In this document: positions 16,195 to 29,092 of the stretch, piece by piece
Numbering within the stretch: position 1 is the first letter of the stretch
Layout: every line of letters begins with the position of its first letter
Assembly: GCA_048498835.1 (NCBI GenBank)
Contig: JBEHXF010000021.1
Coordinates: forward strand, 1-31,489
Source: Chlamydiota bacterium
Lineage (GTDB): Bacteria > Chlamydiota > Chlamydiia > Chlamydiales > SM23-39
Direction: 5' to 3'
Length of the DNA: 31,489 bases
Notes under the pieces: generated by a model
Databases searched by the model: none
What the model saw: the letters and a program-made list of their open reading frames with translations, nothing else
What the model was told of the DNA's origin: nothing
Translations under genes and position numbers: made by a program

Positions 16195-18204
16195 CTATTC
16201 CTTTTCTTCAGATTTATTATCGCTCGTGGAGAAAAACGATTTTACTTTTTCAAAAATTGGCACGGCAACAACTCGCCCTTTTTTGCATTGGGCACATTCG
16301 GTAATTCCTAGCTTTCGTAAAAAGTCTGGGATAATTTTATTCTCAATTTCTTTTGCTGCATGTAAAAGGGAATGGTGGTTCTGGCTTGTTTTATGAAAAT
16401 CAAAACCATGATCTAAAAAACACTCTAAAATGGATTGAGTTATGTGAGGAGAGATATAAGCCATTCTTCCTACGTGTAGAAATAAAGAAGCAGGATCGTT
16501 TGCAGCTCCCTGTTCTATAAGATAAGAAAGTTTCTCTTTAAAACTGTTGCTATTATTTTGTGCCCACTCCAGCAAACATTCCTCTGCAATAGAAAAACGA
16601 GAATCAGTTGTAATTCCGAACTCCTTAAAATCAATCTTCCCAAATTCTTCTATTATTTTTAAAAGTGGTCGCCAGTGCCTTTTTAATAATGCCTGAACAA
16701 TCAATTTACGTTTCCATTCCGCATTCTGAATGGCTTTCTTTACAGTTAATTCATTAAGAATGCGAACTAGCTCCAGATTTATATCTTCTTTATCATCAGT
16801 GCAACTGGCTTGAATTGCGATTTCAAGTGGGGAAGTATGATTAGATGGATTGGGATCCGCGCCACCATCTAGCAATGTCCTTAATATGAAAATATGGCTC
16901 TGTTCTAGCCTATAGGGCGGCGGGTCCACTACACAATTAAGCGGTGACTCGCCTTTCTTGTTGCGAAGATTTAGATCAGCTCCCCTTAAGATGAGTTGCT
17001 GAACCTCTCCTATTTCGCCGCTTTCAACCGCCTCGTGAATAAGCGCATTCCCATTCAGATCTAATTGATTTACATCTAGAATGGAATAGAGGTAGTCAGC
17101 ATTCTCGTTGTGTCTTTTTTCTCTAGCTTTATTGAAAGCAGAAACCAGAGCCGCGGGATTTATATGTGGATGAGAAGCTAATTGTTTGACCACTTCTAAG
17201 TGGCCGTTTTCAGCCGCTAAAACAATCGCGTTTGGCTGATTTGGATCCACCTTTGCCGCTAATCTCGCTTCAATTGCAGCAGCATCGCCGTTTTCTGCCG
17301 CAACATCAATAGGTATTAAATTAACCAACCCATCGATGATTAGTTTGCCTTGTGAATGAAAAGCCTTTTGCAATCTTGCAATAAGCCGATTTTTTCTTTC
17401 TCCAAAAATATCGTTGAGATCTTCTAGCGAGTAGAGGGCGTAATCGGCTCCTTTAATTCCCGCTTTTTTGACATCTTCTTTAGAAATCGGTTTTCCACGA
17501 ATCGAAACGCCAATAAAATTAAATCCCGAAACGTCTACTTCTTCTCTCTTCAATTTAGAAAGCAGATCTATTTTAAAATTGAATCCTTGGGCGCGATCTA
17601 AGAGTAAATACAGGCCTTGAGCGCGCTCATTAGGAGAAAGGTTGCAATCAATAATACGGTTGAATGCATAAGTGAGATCTCCGCCATGATCCAACAGCAG
17701 GTCAACAATTTCTGGGCAGTTTTCGGTAGCCGCTAGCCATAAAAAATGATATCCACGAATCGGGTACGGCTTTTTAGATAAGAGATACTCTACAGCAACA
17801 CGATTGCCTGCCTTGGTAGCCTCTTCAAGTTCGTATTCTCTACCCACCTCACCTTTCTTGAATTTCCAAAGGTCACTTTCCAATGCACCGAGATCCACTA
17901 GACGTTTTACCTGGTCGAGATCGCCAACGCGTATGGCTAGGCAAGTTATAGGATATTTCCCATCAACAGCTTCAGAAACAGGAAAGGCTTCATCTAAAAA
18001 TAGTTGAGTTACATCATGTTTGCGATTCAAAACCGAATCTCGAATGAGCTGGCTCAATTTAATATTTGGGTGACCCGGCACATCTGCCTTCCACCAATCG
18101 TAAGATCGCCTTTTTTTTGCATTCTGTATAGCTGAACGAATTTCAAGGAGAGAAAGAGGATGGTCTGCTACAGGAAATGATCTTTCTTTAGTTTGTACGA
18201 CCAT
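16195..18204 (-). CDS. Ankyrin-repeat protein (effector candidate)
   Basis: Repeats such as GNALIHEAVESGEIGEVQQLILRGADLNLRNKKGESPL, AIVLAAENGHLEVVKQL and LWLAATENCPEIVDLLLDHGGD. Confidence 0.88.
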   Translation of the reverse strand: MVVQTKERSFPVADHPLSLLEIRSAIQNAKKRRSYDWWKADVPGHPNIKLSQLIRDSVLNRKHDVTQLFLDEAFPVSEAVDGKYPITCLAIRVGDLDQVKRLVDLGALESDLWKFKKGEVGREYELEEATKAGNRVAVEYLLSKKPYPIRGYHFLWLAATENCPEIVDLLLDHGGDLTYAFNRIIDCNLSPNERAQGLYLLLDRAQGFNFKIDLLSKLKREEVDVSGFNFIGVSIRGKPISKEDVKKAGIKGADYALYSLEDLNDIFGERKNRLIARLQKAFHSQGKLIIDGLVNLIPIDVAAENGDAAAIEARLAAKVDPNQPNAIVLAAENGHLEVVKQLASHPHINPAALVSAFNKAREKRHNENADYLYSILDVNQLDLNGNALIHEAVESGEIGEVQQLILRGADLNLRNKKGESPLNCVVDPPPYRLEQSHIFILRTLLDGGADPNPSNHTSPLEIAIQASCTDDKEDINLELVRILNELTVKKAIQNAEWKRKLIVQALLKRHWRPLLKIIEEFGKIDFKEFGITTDSRFSIAEECLLEWAQNNSNSFKEKLSYLIEQGAANDPASLFLHVGRMAYISPHITQSILECFLDHGFDFHKTSQNHHSLLHAAKEIENKIIPDFLRKLGITECAQCKKGRVVAVPIFEKVKSFFSTSDNKSEEKE

Positions 18205-18205
18205 T

Positions 18206-18457
18206 TCAAACCTTGAGAATTATTACTTCTGGAGAAAAGTAATTCATGCTCTTGCTTAGTTTTTGTATTTGCTCTTGGATAGTCTCAATCATTGCGTTTT
18301 GAACGCCTTTCGCAGCTTCGGCAGCTGTTTCAGCAGTTTCAAAGCAAAAAGTTGCTTTATAACGAATATCCAAAGAGAAGAGAATCGCTTGTAAACCGTC
18401 GATGAAATGACAGGAATAGTTCTCGTCTACTCGAAGAACAGTTAACAGCGCGGCCAT
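18206..18457 (-). CDS. Small hypothetical protein
   Basis: ATG start; stop 1 nt before the ankyrin ATG; similarity to 15849-16193. Confidence 0.55.
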   Translation of the reverse strand: MAALLTVLRVDENYSCHFIDGLQAILFSLDIRYKATFCFETAETAAEAAKGVQNAMIETIQEQIQKLSKSMNYFSPEVIILKV

Positions 18458-18517
18458 GAAGCTCTCTTATTGAGGAAAAATCATCAGCTAGAGAAGCCTT
18501 TTAAGGCAAGGGAATCA

Positions 18518-19480
18518 TCACCAATTAATATAGGTGCCGACGTCGATGGGAAGGAAGGTTTCGAAAGGGAGGTTTTTGGCTTTCATGGCGAGGTAGAGAT
18601 CGTAAGGTGGACGGTGGAGAGGCTCTTCAGCGAGTTTAAAGGTTTTCCAGTGCATGGCCAGGCTGAAGCGGGAGCCGACATCGAGGTGGATTTGGACGGC
18701 GTCGGCGGGACTGGTGTGAACCGGGGCCATGAAGCGACGGGGTACGTAAGCGCCGATGGGAATGAGGCTTAGATCAATGGGACCGAATTGTTTGCCGATA
18801 TTGACAAAGTCAACGGGGTTATAACCGGTATCTCCGACAAAGTAGAAGCGTTTCTTGGGAGAATCGACGATGTAGCCGTTCCAGAGCGTTTTGTCTCGGT
18901 CCCAGAGGGTGCGGCCCGAGAAGTGTTGAGTCGGAACGGCTGTGATCGTGCGGCCGTCGACTTGGATGCTTTGCCACCAGTCAAGCTCGCAGACGCGGTG
19001 AATGTGGCGACGGCGGAACCAGGGTGAGAGTCCTTTAGGGAGGATCCAGAGGAGATCGGGGTAGAGTTGAGCCAGGGCGCAGACCGTCTTTTCATCGAGA
19101 TGATCATAGTGATTGTGCGAGAGGAGAACGGCGTTGAGAGGAGGGAGAGCGGCAAGAGGAAAGGGAACTTCGGTACGGCGGCGAAGTCCTTTGATCGGTA
19201 TGGGAGAGCAATGTTGATCCCAGACAGGGTCGGTGAGACAGCTCCAGCCGTCACATTCAATGAGGTAAGTGCTATGTCCTACCCAAACAGCAGAGGGACG
19301 ATCTCTATCGAAGGGCTTTGGGCCTGCTGGGTAAATAAAGTTTGAGGGCATGGGCGGAAGAGTTTGCGCATCGGCATAGTAGCCGAAGCGCCAGAGGAGA
19401 AAATCCCAGAAAGAGCGTCGCTGGGAGTTCAGATGGGGGTTGATGTAGCGGCCGTGACGTAGGTATGGGGACTGGTTCAT
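18518..19480 (-). CDS. Metallo-beta-lactamase-fold hydrolase, NAPE-PLD/RomA-like
   Basis: Motifs WVGHST, LTDPVW, SHNHYDHLD, TQHFSGRTLWDR, GDTGY, PIGAYVPR and MHWKTF. Confidence 0.9.
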   Translation of the reverse strand: MNQSPYLRHGRYINPHLNSQRRSFWDFLLWRFGYYADAQTLPPMPSNFIYPAGPKPFDRDRPSAVWVGHSTYLIECDGWSCLTDPVWDQHCSPIPIKGLRRRTEVPFPLAALPPLNAVLLSHNHYDHLDEKTVCALAQLYPDLLWILPKGLSPWFRRRHIHRVCELDWWQSIQVDGRTITAVPTQHFSGRTLWDRDKTLWNGYIVDSPKKRFYFVGDTGYNPVDFVNIGKQFGPIDLSLIPIGAYVPRRFMAPVHTSPADAVQIHLDVGSRFSLAMHWKTFKLAEEPLHRPPYDLYLAMKAKNLPFETFLPIDVGTYINW

Positions 19481-19623
19481 ATCTGGAAAATATACAAATT
19501 TTAATTTCTAACAAGTATTTCATTAAAAGTTTGGTCTTAAAGGTTTTAATTATAAAGAATTCGTTGGGATGATTTTTAAGAATAAGTGTGTTATATTCAA
19601 CTTTACATCTTAATAAGATTCAT

Positions 19624-21015
19624 ATGACTACGAGCCTAACAAAATACCCGGAGGGAAGTATCCGGGAACTCTGGAGCATTTCACTGCCGTTGATGATTTC
19701 AACGCTGGCGTCGCTCTTTATGATTTTTACTGACCGTATTTTCTTGGCTCGTTATTCAGTGGAAGCTCTGAATGCATCGGTAAACGCCGGAACGTTAGCC
19801 TGGGCCATTTTAGTTGGCTTTGGAATGATCACCGCGATGTCGGAGGTGTTTGTCGCTCAGTACAACGGAGCGAAAAAATACGACCGGATCGGCATTCCGG
19901 TTTGGCAGATGATTTGGTTCTCGATTTTCTCGCTTGCCTTGTTTATTCCTCTTGGGATGTGGGGTGGCGATTGGATTTTCAAAGGAAACCAACTAGAAAC
20001 GACCTATTTCCGCTGGCTGATGTATTTTGGGCCCAGCTACGCTCTTTTAACTGCCTTTGCCGGATTTTTTATCGGTCGCGGTCAAACATCGGTCATGATT
20101 TGGCTTGCGGTCTTTGCCAACTTGTTGAATATCCTTCTCGATTGGGTGCTGATTTTTGGTATTGAAGGGTGGATTCCTGAAATGGGAATCCAAGGCGCAG
20201 CAATGGCAACGTGCACGGGCTACTTCTTTGAAGCGGCGATGCTCGCTTTTCTTTTCCTGCGCAAATCGAATCGAGAGGAGTTTGGTACGGGCAATTGGAA
20301 AATCGACTGGACCGAGATGAAGCGATGCATTCGGATCGGGTTTCCTCAGGGACTCTTTTGCGGTCTTGAAGTATTTGGCTGGTCGGTCTTCTATTGGATG
20401 ATGACCTCTCTCGGAGAAATGCATATTACGGTCTCGAGCATCTGCCAGAGTTTTACCATTCTCCTCTCTTTTTTCTGCGACGGATTGAGCCGAGGAGCTG
20501 CCTCGGTTGCAGGAAATTTGATCGGCGCTAGAAAAACAGAGCTTATTCCTCGCGTTCTTCGTTCTGGGGCGGTTTTATTGGCCCTTTTCTCGTTGGTGAC
20601 GGTCGGCTTTTTGGTGATCGATCCGCAAGATACCGTTCGCGTCCTCTTTTTTGAGAGCTTTGATGCAGCGCCAGCCGCTGTAGATCCCGCTTTGCAAGGC
20701 GCGTTAAAATCGTGCATGACATGTGCATTTATCTACATGTTCTTCGAGGGGTTTAGATGGCTCCTATCCGGAATTTTGGTGGCTGCTGGAGATACATTCT
20801 TTCTCCTCGTTGCCGGAGCGAGTTCCGTCTGGGTATTCTTGCTTTTACCGATTTATCTCATCGTCGTTCAAAATCATCTGTCGGTGGAGTACGCATGGGC
20901 CATTGCAGCTGTCTATAGCGCTCTATTATTGAGTGTTTATGGAATTCGTTTTGCGCGCGGTGCTTGGAAGGAGATGCAACTCATCGAACCTCCTACTGAG
21001 CCTGCTGAAGGGTAA
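19624..21015 (+). CDS. MATE-family efflux transporter
   Basis: About 12 TM segments; TDRIFLA, VAQYNGA, NILLDWVLIFG..MGIQGAAMAT and GNLIGA. Start placed at ATG 19624. Confidence 0.9.
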   Translation: MTTSLTKYPEGSIRELWSISLPLMISTLASLFMIFTDRIFLARYSVEALNASVNAGTLAWAILVGFGMITAMSEVFVAQYNGAKKYDRIGIPVWQMIWFSIFSLALFIPLGMWGGDWIFKGNQLETTYFRWLMYFGPSYALLTAFAGFFIGRGQTSVMIWLAVFANLLNILLDWVLIFGIEGWIPEMGIQGAAMATCTGYFFEAAMLAFLFLRKSNREEFGTGNWKIDWTEMKRCIRIGFPQGLFCGLEVFGWSVFYWMMTSLGEMHITVSSICQSFTILLSFFCDGLSRGAASVAGNLIGARKTELIPRVLRSGAVLLALFSLVTVGFLVIDPQDTVRVLFFESFDAAPAAVDPALQGALKSCMTCAFIYMFFEGFRWLLSGILVAAGDTFFLLVAGASSVWVFLLLPIYLIVVQNHLSVEYAWAIAAVYSALLLSVYGIRFARGAWKEMQLIEPPTEPAEG

Positions 21016-22192
21016 AGTGTAACAGATAAGCGATGGACTTCGCTCTCTCGGCCTGTTCTGCTGTCAACCTTGTCACGACATGATCGTTTAACTCAAACCA
21101 CTCACCGTTTTCTTTGACATACGAGATGTAATGGCCCATGTGTGGCGTGTTTCCAGGTCCTCGGTGAACGAGAAAAGAATCGAGTTCGTATTCGGGAGCC
21201 GCTCCATCGACAATTGGGAAGGGGGCTCTGTCTGGAACGGTTACAGGTGTTCCTATCTTGATTGCCTCACCGGGATAGATAAATCGTTTGAGTTGCACCC
21301 AACAAGCGGCTGGCGCTTCTGTAAATCGATAGGTTGTATCGATCGGTTTATAACGGTGCATTACTCCATCTACGCCCATCCTATCGATTCCATCTGGGTC
21401 GTGGTCTGTACCATGGAGACTGTTTGGAATGAGATCGAGAAGGTTTGCTGCCCCAGGCTCTTCTCCATTCACAGACATCTCGACAGGAAGTAGGCCGGGA
21501 TTTCGAGATGTGAGTTTAATGACAGCTTGAGGATTATCCAAAATGTCAGGAAGGCCTGTCGTATCTAAGCGAATGGTCGTTTCGATTACCGCTTTTTGGT
21601 TATCAGGAATGAGATGGTAAAGAATTTGGAGTCCTTCCGTAGGATCTTGTTGGGTCGCGCATGAGGGTGGAATTTGATTTGTGATTCCTGCGATGAATTC
21701 CCTCATCGGCTGAGTGGAAGTTAACGCATGACTCCAATTGTGTTCATAGGTACCTTGATACGATTCGTAAAAATGGCGGAGCGGCTCGCCGGCCTCATTG
21801 TTTTGAATCCAATCCATCAAAGGTCTATCTTTTCGAAGGAGTTGCAAGAGCGAATTTAGCCAGCAATTATTCCCCTCTCTTAGTAACCCGCGGGGAGCAT
21901 GAGGTGCCATGGCTGAAGGAGGTAGCTGTGGTTTTAATTGGATGCCTTGAGCGGGCTTATTGAAGAGAAAGGCTGTCGCAAAACTGAGGCCGATGGCGGC
22001 AAATGGAACTGCGAAAGCGGCCAATCCAACCGGAAGCGCCGAGTAGAGAAGAAAACAGGTGGCCAATGGAATTAAAATGCGAAAAGCGATTTCGGCAATG
22101 ACAGAAGAGGTTTGTTGCCAGCCCGGAATAGTTGTTTGAACAGATAGAGACTGGATTGGCGTTGGGGCAATTGGATTCAGTGCAGACATCAT
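20993..22192 (-). CDS. USP-family (peptidase C19) deubiquitinase with N-terminal hydrophobic hairpin
   Basis: Cys box GLLREGNNCWLNSLLQLL, QQDPTE, QLKRF, and His box YELDSFLVHRG...GHYISYVK...WFELND. Confidence 0.9.
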   Translation of the reverse strand: MMSALNPIAPTPIQSLSVQTTIPGWQQTSSVIAEIAFRILIPLATCFLLYSALPVGLAAFAVPFAAIGLSFATAFLFNKPAQGIQLKPQLPPSAMAPHAPRGLLREGNNCWLNSLLQLLRKDRPLMDWIQNNEAGEPLRHFYESYQGTYEHNWSHALTSTQPMREFIAGITNQIPPSCATQQDPTEGLQILYHLIPDNQKAVIETTIRLDTTGLPDILDNPQAVIKLTSRNPGLLPVEMSVNGEEPGAANLLDLIPNSLHGTDHDPDGIDRMGVDGVMHRYKPIDTTYRFTEAPAACWVQLKRFIYPGEAIKIGTPVTVPDRAPFPIVDGAAPEYELDSFLVHRGPGNTPHMGHYISYVKENGEWFELNDHVVTRLTAEQAERAKSIAYLLHFTLQQAQ

Positions 22193-22197
22193 TCCCT

Positions 22198-23739
22198 CTA
22201 TTGTAGCGTAATGGGAACTGTATCAGTCAGATCCGCCTCCCCATAAAATTGAATCGGTCCAGGATAACGGTAACTGTCTTCTAATTCCCATGCCTGTTTT
22301 AGGCGGCAAAAGTTTATAAAAGAAGGGGCTTTGATGTCTATAAGAGCTTTCTCAATGACCGGTTTCGATTTCCCTTTTCTCATTTCCAGCCTCATCAAAG
22401 CGACAATCGGAATGAATTTTACGCTCCACTCTTCTGGTGGCTGTTTCAGGTTTTGAATCGAGCAGATCACGCCCGTGAGACCGCTCCGAGCTGCAAGCGC
22501 AGCCGAAAGTCCCAAAGCATAGCCGTAATTGGCATCGAAATTCGACGGAAGGCACGCTCTCCCCTCATAACCGAGAAAATGATCTTGAACATTGAGCTTT
22601 CCTTTAAACTCTTTTCTGACAAGATCGATCAGAAGCTTTTCCGTCTCGATTTTAGAGACCTGCACGTTGCCATGCGGATCACGATCGAGAAGAAGCTGTT
22701 TTTGGATCTTTTCAGGGAGACGCTTAAATACTTCACGATTCGTCTCTGTTAAATGAGATTCAACCGATTCAGAAGGGTGTTTGGCGAGAAGCTGGTTCAG
22801 CTCTGCAATCAACCCTTTGATTTCAGGCAAAAATTCGATGAGACCTTCTGGAATCAATACGATGCCATACTCTTTTCCAGCATCAGCGCGCCGTTTGATG
22901 AGATTAGCTAAGTCTGCGACTATTTGAGCGAGCGTTTTTTCCTCTTCGCCGATGAGAACCAGGTTGGGATGTGTGGCCAGAGCGCATTCATGAGCAATGT
23001 GCGATGCGGATCTGCCCATCAACTTGATGAAGTGGTAGTATTTTTTAGCAGAGAGTGCATCGCGCGCAATATTGCCTATGATCTCAGAATAGGTCTTGCA
23101 AGCGCTGTCAAAACCGAAAGAAATTTCGATATCTTCGCTGCGCAAATCGCCATCAATTGTCTTCGGAATGCCGATGACACGGGTGGAGATTCCTTGAGCT
23201 AAAAAATATTCTGCGAGCATAGCGGCGTTTGTATTGGAATCGTCTCCGCCGATCACAACGAGAGCGTCGAGTTTATGAGCTTGCACTGTTTTAAGAGCAG
23301 CTTCAAATTGTTCCGGTTTTTCAAATTTGGTACGGCTCGAACCGATGAGATCGAATCCGCCTTGGTTGCGAACCGAGTCGATGAGTCCTCGCGTCAGTTC
23401 CTTTGAGCGATTTTCAATGAGTCCTGAAGGTCCATCGATAAACCCGATGAGCTTGGAACCTTTGGCCAGAGCATCGAATAAGCCGGCGAGAACGTTGTGA
23501 CCGCCCGATGCTTGACCGCCTGAAAAATAGGCGCCGATGGTGAGCGGAAGAACTTTTCCCTCCCCTTTCACCGCCCGATAAGCGCTCGCAGAAAAAGTGT
23601 GGGGAAAAAGTGGCTTCAAATCGGCCAGAGGTTTTCGGTGAGAAGAAATGGGTTCGACATGAACGCCATTTGGGTCTTTTAGAAGAGAGGGAATACGAGG
23701 AAGATAGGAGAGACGCTTTTTGTGTAGCGGACTTACCAT
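22198..23739 (-). CDS. pfp: Pyrophosphate-dependent phosphofructokinase
   Basis: Motifs [17 protein letters not shown] (PPi-type), PKTIDGD, MGRSASH and GYEGR. Confidence 0.95.
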   Translation of the reverse strand: MVSPLHKKRLSYLPRIPSLLKDPNGVHVEPISSHRKPLADLKPLFPHTFSASAYRAVKGEGKVLPLTIGAYFSGGQASGGHNVLAGLFDALAKGSKLIGFIDGPSGLIENRSKELTRGLIDSVRNQGGFDLIGSSRTKFEKPEQFEAALKTVQAHKLDALVVIGGDDSNTNAAMLAEYFLAQGISTRVIGIPKTIDGDLRSEDIEISFGFDSACKTYSEIIGNIARDALSAKKYYHFIKLMGRSASHIAHECALATHPNLVLIGEEEKTLAQIVADLANLIKRRADAGKEYGIVLIPEGLIEFLPEIKGLIAELNQLLAKHPSESVESHLTETNREVFKRLPEKIQKQLLLDRDPHGNVQVSKIETEKLLIDLVRKEFKGKLNVQDHFLGYEGRACLPSNFDANYGYALGLSAALAARSGLTGVICSIQNLKQPPEEWSVKFIPIVALMRLEMRKGKSKPVIEKALIDIKAPSFINFCRLKQAWELEDSYRYPGPIQFYGEADLTDTVPITLQ

Positions 23740-23746
23740 AGACTCC

Positions 23747-25141
23747 TTAGCAGGTTGGACTACCTACAGAAATTTGCAAAGCGAGCCCTCCTTCTGAGGT
23801 CTCTTTGTAAATATTCATCATGTTTTTACCCGTTTCATTCATCGCGCGTATGCACGCATCGAGAGAAACGCGGTGGGTACCATCGCCGCGAAGAGCGAGT
23901 CTTGCGGCGAGAATCGCCTTGTTTGCGCCCATAGTATTGCGTTCAATACAGGGGATCTGAACGAGACCGCCAACTGGATCGCAAGTGAGCCCCAAGTGAT
24001 GCTCCATCGCAATTTCGGCTGCGTTTTCAATTTGCTCAACACTTCCACCTAATATAGCAGTCAGTCCCGCCGCCGCCATCGAAGAAGAGACGCCAATTTC
24101 TCCTTGGCATCCCATTTCTGCGGCCGAGAGCGATGCGCCTTCTTTATAGAGAATGGCTATAGCGGTCGCTGTGAGAAAAAATTGGATGATCGCTTCTTCA
24201 TCAAAGTCAGGGATGAACTTTTGCGCGTAGTGAAGGACGGCGGGAATCACACCTGCTGAACCGTTCGTGGGGGCTGTCACGACTCTTCCGCCAGCGGCAT
24301 TTTCTTCATTGACCGCGAGAGCAAACAGACTGACCCATTCCATCACAAGAGTTGGATCTGTTCCAAGACGCTCTTCTGAGCCGACGAGTGAATCGTAGAG
24401 AAGTGGAGCCCGTCTCTGCACATTGAGTCCGCCAGGGAGGATCCCATTGGTCAAAATACCCCGCTCCACCGATGTTCTCATCACTTCCCAGAGACGTAAA
24501 ATCCCGTTGCGGATCTCTTCATCACTATGTTTTACCCGCTCGTTTTGGAGAACGATTTCCCAAATAGGACGGCACTCTCGGTTACAATGGGCGAGGAGCT
24601 CTTCGGCTGTCTTATAGGGAAAAGGAACTTCTGTTTTTTGAGTGGGCTTGGGTCCATTCATCGCTTCTTCGTGATCGATGACAAAGCCGCCTCCAACAGA
24701 ATAATAGAGCTGGGAGTGAAGAAGGCGTCCATCTTTATCGAAAGCTCTGAATTTCAAGGCGTTAGAGTGAAAAGGGAGGCGCTTTCCTTTCAAAAATTGA
24801 ATGTGTTGTTCAGGATCGAATGAAATCTGTTCACGGCCAAAGAGGCGAAGGGTTTTGTGAAGCTGAATCGCTTCTACGCGACTTGCGACGCTATTCGGAT
24901 CAACACCTTCTGGCGTCTCCCCTTCTAGGCCCAGAAGAATCGCGATATCGGTCGCATGTCCTTTACCGGTCATGGCCAATGAACCGTATAGCTCGACGAT
25001 GATTTTGGCTGAATCTTCGAGAAATTCTCTTTCAAATAGCTCATAGAGAAAGCGGCGTGCTGCGCGCATAGGACCCACGGTGTGGGAACTGGAGGGACCG
25101 ATACCGATCGAAAAGATTTCTAGTACGCTAATCGAACTCAC
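23747..25141 (-). CDS. sdaA: L-serine ammonia-lyase (Fe-S, single chain)
   Basis: Motifs [34 protein letters not shown] and [18 protein letters not shown]. Confidence 0.96.
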   Translation of the reverse strand: MSSISVLEIFSIGIGPSSSHTVGPMRAARRFLYELFEREFLEDSAKIIVELYGSLAMTGKGHATDIAILLGLEGETPEGVDPNSVASRVEAIQLHKTLRLFGREQISFDPEQHIQFLKGKRLPFHSNALKFRAFDKDGRLLHSQLYYSVGGGFVIDHEEAMNGPKPTQKTEVPFPYKTAEELLAHCNRECRPIWEIVLQNERVKHSDEEIRNGILRLWEVMRTSVERGILTNGILPGGLNVQRRAPLLYDSLVGSEERLGTDPTLVMEWVSLFALAVNEENAAGGRVVTAPTNGSAGVIPAVLHYAQKFIPDFDEEAIIQFFLTATAIAILYKEGASLSAAEMGCQGEIGVSSSMAAAGLTAILGGSVEQIENAAEIAMEHHLGLTCDPVGGLVQIPCIERNTMGANKAILAARLALRGDGTHRVSLDACIRAMNETGKNMMNIYKETSEGGLALQISVGSPTC

Positions 25142-25284
25142 TCAAAAAACTCCACTAGATGTGCCTCCATTTTTAACCGATTTTTTATAATCCCGGCAAG
25201 GGAAAAGCAGTCCTAGAATTGTCTATAAACAAATTATTAATTAAGAATATATTCTTGGAATAGTGTATTCTAGTACCTTTATTT

Positions 25285-27653
<2,369 letters not shown>

Positions 27654-28064
27654 ATGGGGCGAATCGCGGCGATTGACTTTGGCTTGAAAAGGATTGGAAT
27701 TGCTCTGTCCGATGAACGAAAAAAAATCGCCTTCCCGCTTGAAACCGTAGCAGGTGGAAAAAAGGCGATTGAGAATATCAAGAAGGCTTTGGGCAGTCGA
27801 CTCAAAGAGGTGGAGTTGATTTTGATCGGTCTACCCCTTTTAATGAATGGGCAAGAAGGCGATATGGCTCTGGCCGTAAAAAAATTCGGAGCTGAATTAG
27901 AAGCGTCTCTCACCATCCCCGTCCAAACCATCGACGAGCGTCTTTCGAGCAAAATGGCCGATCGAAGTATGCGCGAGTTTCATTTGAACAGAAAAGAAAG
28001 AACCGAGATGATAGATACTGCGGCAGCGGCCATGCTTCTGCAATCGTATTTGGATCGCGCATGA
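27654..28064 (+). CDS. ruvX: RuvX/YqgF RNase H-fold nuclease
   Basis: Motifs AIDFGLKRIGIALSD, IGLP, DERLSS and IDTAAAAMLLQSYL. Confidence 0.95.
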   Translation: MGRIAAIDFGLKRIGIALSDERKKIAFPLETVAGGKKAIENIKKALGSRLKEVELILIGLPLLMNGQEGDMALAVKKFGAELEASLTIPVQTIDERLSSKMADRSMREFHLNRKERTEMIDTAAAAMLLQSYLDRA

Positions 28065-29092
28065 TAATGAATGAGTGTTCGGCGGAAGAGCTCTTTGAGA
28101 AATTAAAGAATATCCATGTCGATCATCCTCTTTGCAAGTATACACTCGAGCGATGCCGCAATCTCGCCCCCGCCATCAATCGAATTCAAGAGCTAAAAAT
28201 CGAGCGCAAGGCAGTGGTTCTCGCCCATAGTTATGTCCACCCAGACATTGTTTATGGAGTGGCCGACTTTGTTGGCGACTCTTATGCACTTGCGAAAGCA
28301 GCGGTACAATCTCAAGCTGAAACGATCGTTTTCCCCTCTGTTCGGTTCATGGCTGAGACGGTGAAGATTCTCAATCCAGACAAAACCGTGATCGATCCAA
28401 ACCCCAATGGCGGCTGCTCTCTCGCCGATAGCATCACGGCGGATGAAGTGCGGGCTTTGAGAAAGAACCATCCCAACCATACCTTCGTCTGTTACGTCAA
28501 TACGACCGCTGCGGTGAAAGCCGCTTGCGACGTGTGCGTTACATCCTCCAATGTCTACCGAATCATGGAGCGCCTTCCGACCGATAAAATCTTCTTTCTC
28601 CCCGATCGATTGATGGGAGAAAATGTGAAACAGTGGCTTGAAAAACGGGGCGTGAGAAAAGAAATTCTCCTTCATCCAGGCACCTGTTACGTGCATGAGC
28701 AGATCGAGCCAAAACAAATCGATGAAATCCGCGCCTCTCATCCGAATGCTCTGGTCTTAGCCCACCCGGAATGTAAACCAGAGGTTGTCGCTAAAGCAGA
28801 TTATGTTGGATCGACCAGCGACATGCAGAGATATGTTTTTGAGACGCAAGGGCAGCAACGCCCCTTCTTTCTTCTCACAGAGTGTGGCGTAGCCTCTAGA
28901 GTGTCTGCAGAAATTCCCAACGCGAAATTAGTGGGTGGATGCTCGGTCTGCCAATTCATGCGGTCCAATTCCCTCTCTTCTATCCAACAAGCGTTAGAAA
29001 ATCCCAAACCACACCAGATCGTAACGATCGACCCCTCGATTCAACAACAAGCTTACAAGACTCTCGAAAGGATGTTTGATTATGCAGAATGA
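28061..29092 (+). CDS. nadA: Quinolinate synthase
   Basis: Motifs LAHSY, GDSY, VRFMAETVKILNP, GGCSLAD, YVNT, TSSN, GTCYVHE, AHPEC, GSTS and CQFM (three Fe-S cysteines). Confidence 0.93.
   Translation: MIMNECSAEELFEKLKNIHVDHPLCKYTLERCRNLAPAINRIQELKIERKAVVLAHSYVHPDIVYGVADFVGDSYALAKAAVQSQAETIVFPSVRFMAETVKILNPDKTVIDPNPNGGCSLADSITADEVRALRKNHPNHTFVCYVNTTAAVKAACDVCVTSSNVYRIMERLPTDKIFFLPDRLMGENVKQWLEKRGVRKEILLHPGTCYVHEQIEPKQIDEIRASHPNALVLAHPECKPEVVAKADYVGSTSDMQRYVFETQGQQRPFFLLTECGVASRVSAEIPNAKLVGGCSVCQFMRSNSLSSIQQALENPKPHQIVTIDPSIQQQAYKTLERMFDYAE

Noticed and set aside
15849..18457. Prophage or IS-borne island
   Set aside because: No integrase, transposase or flanking direct repeats were seen; only composition and gene content differ.
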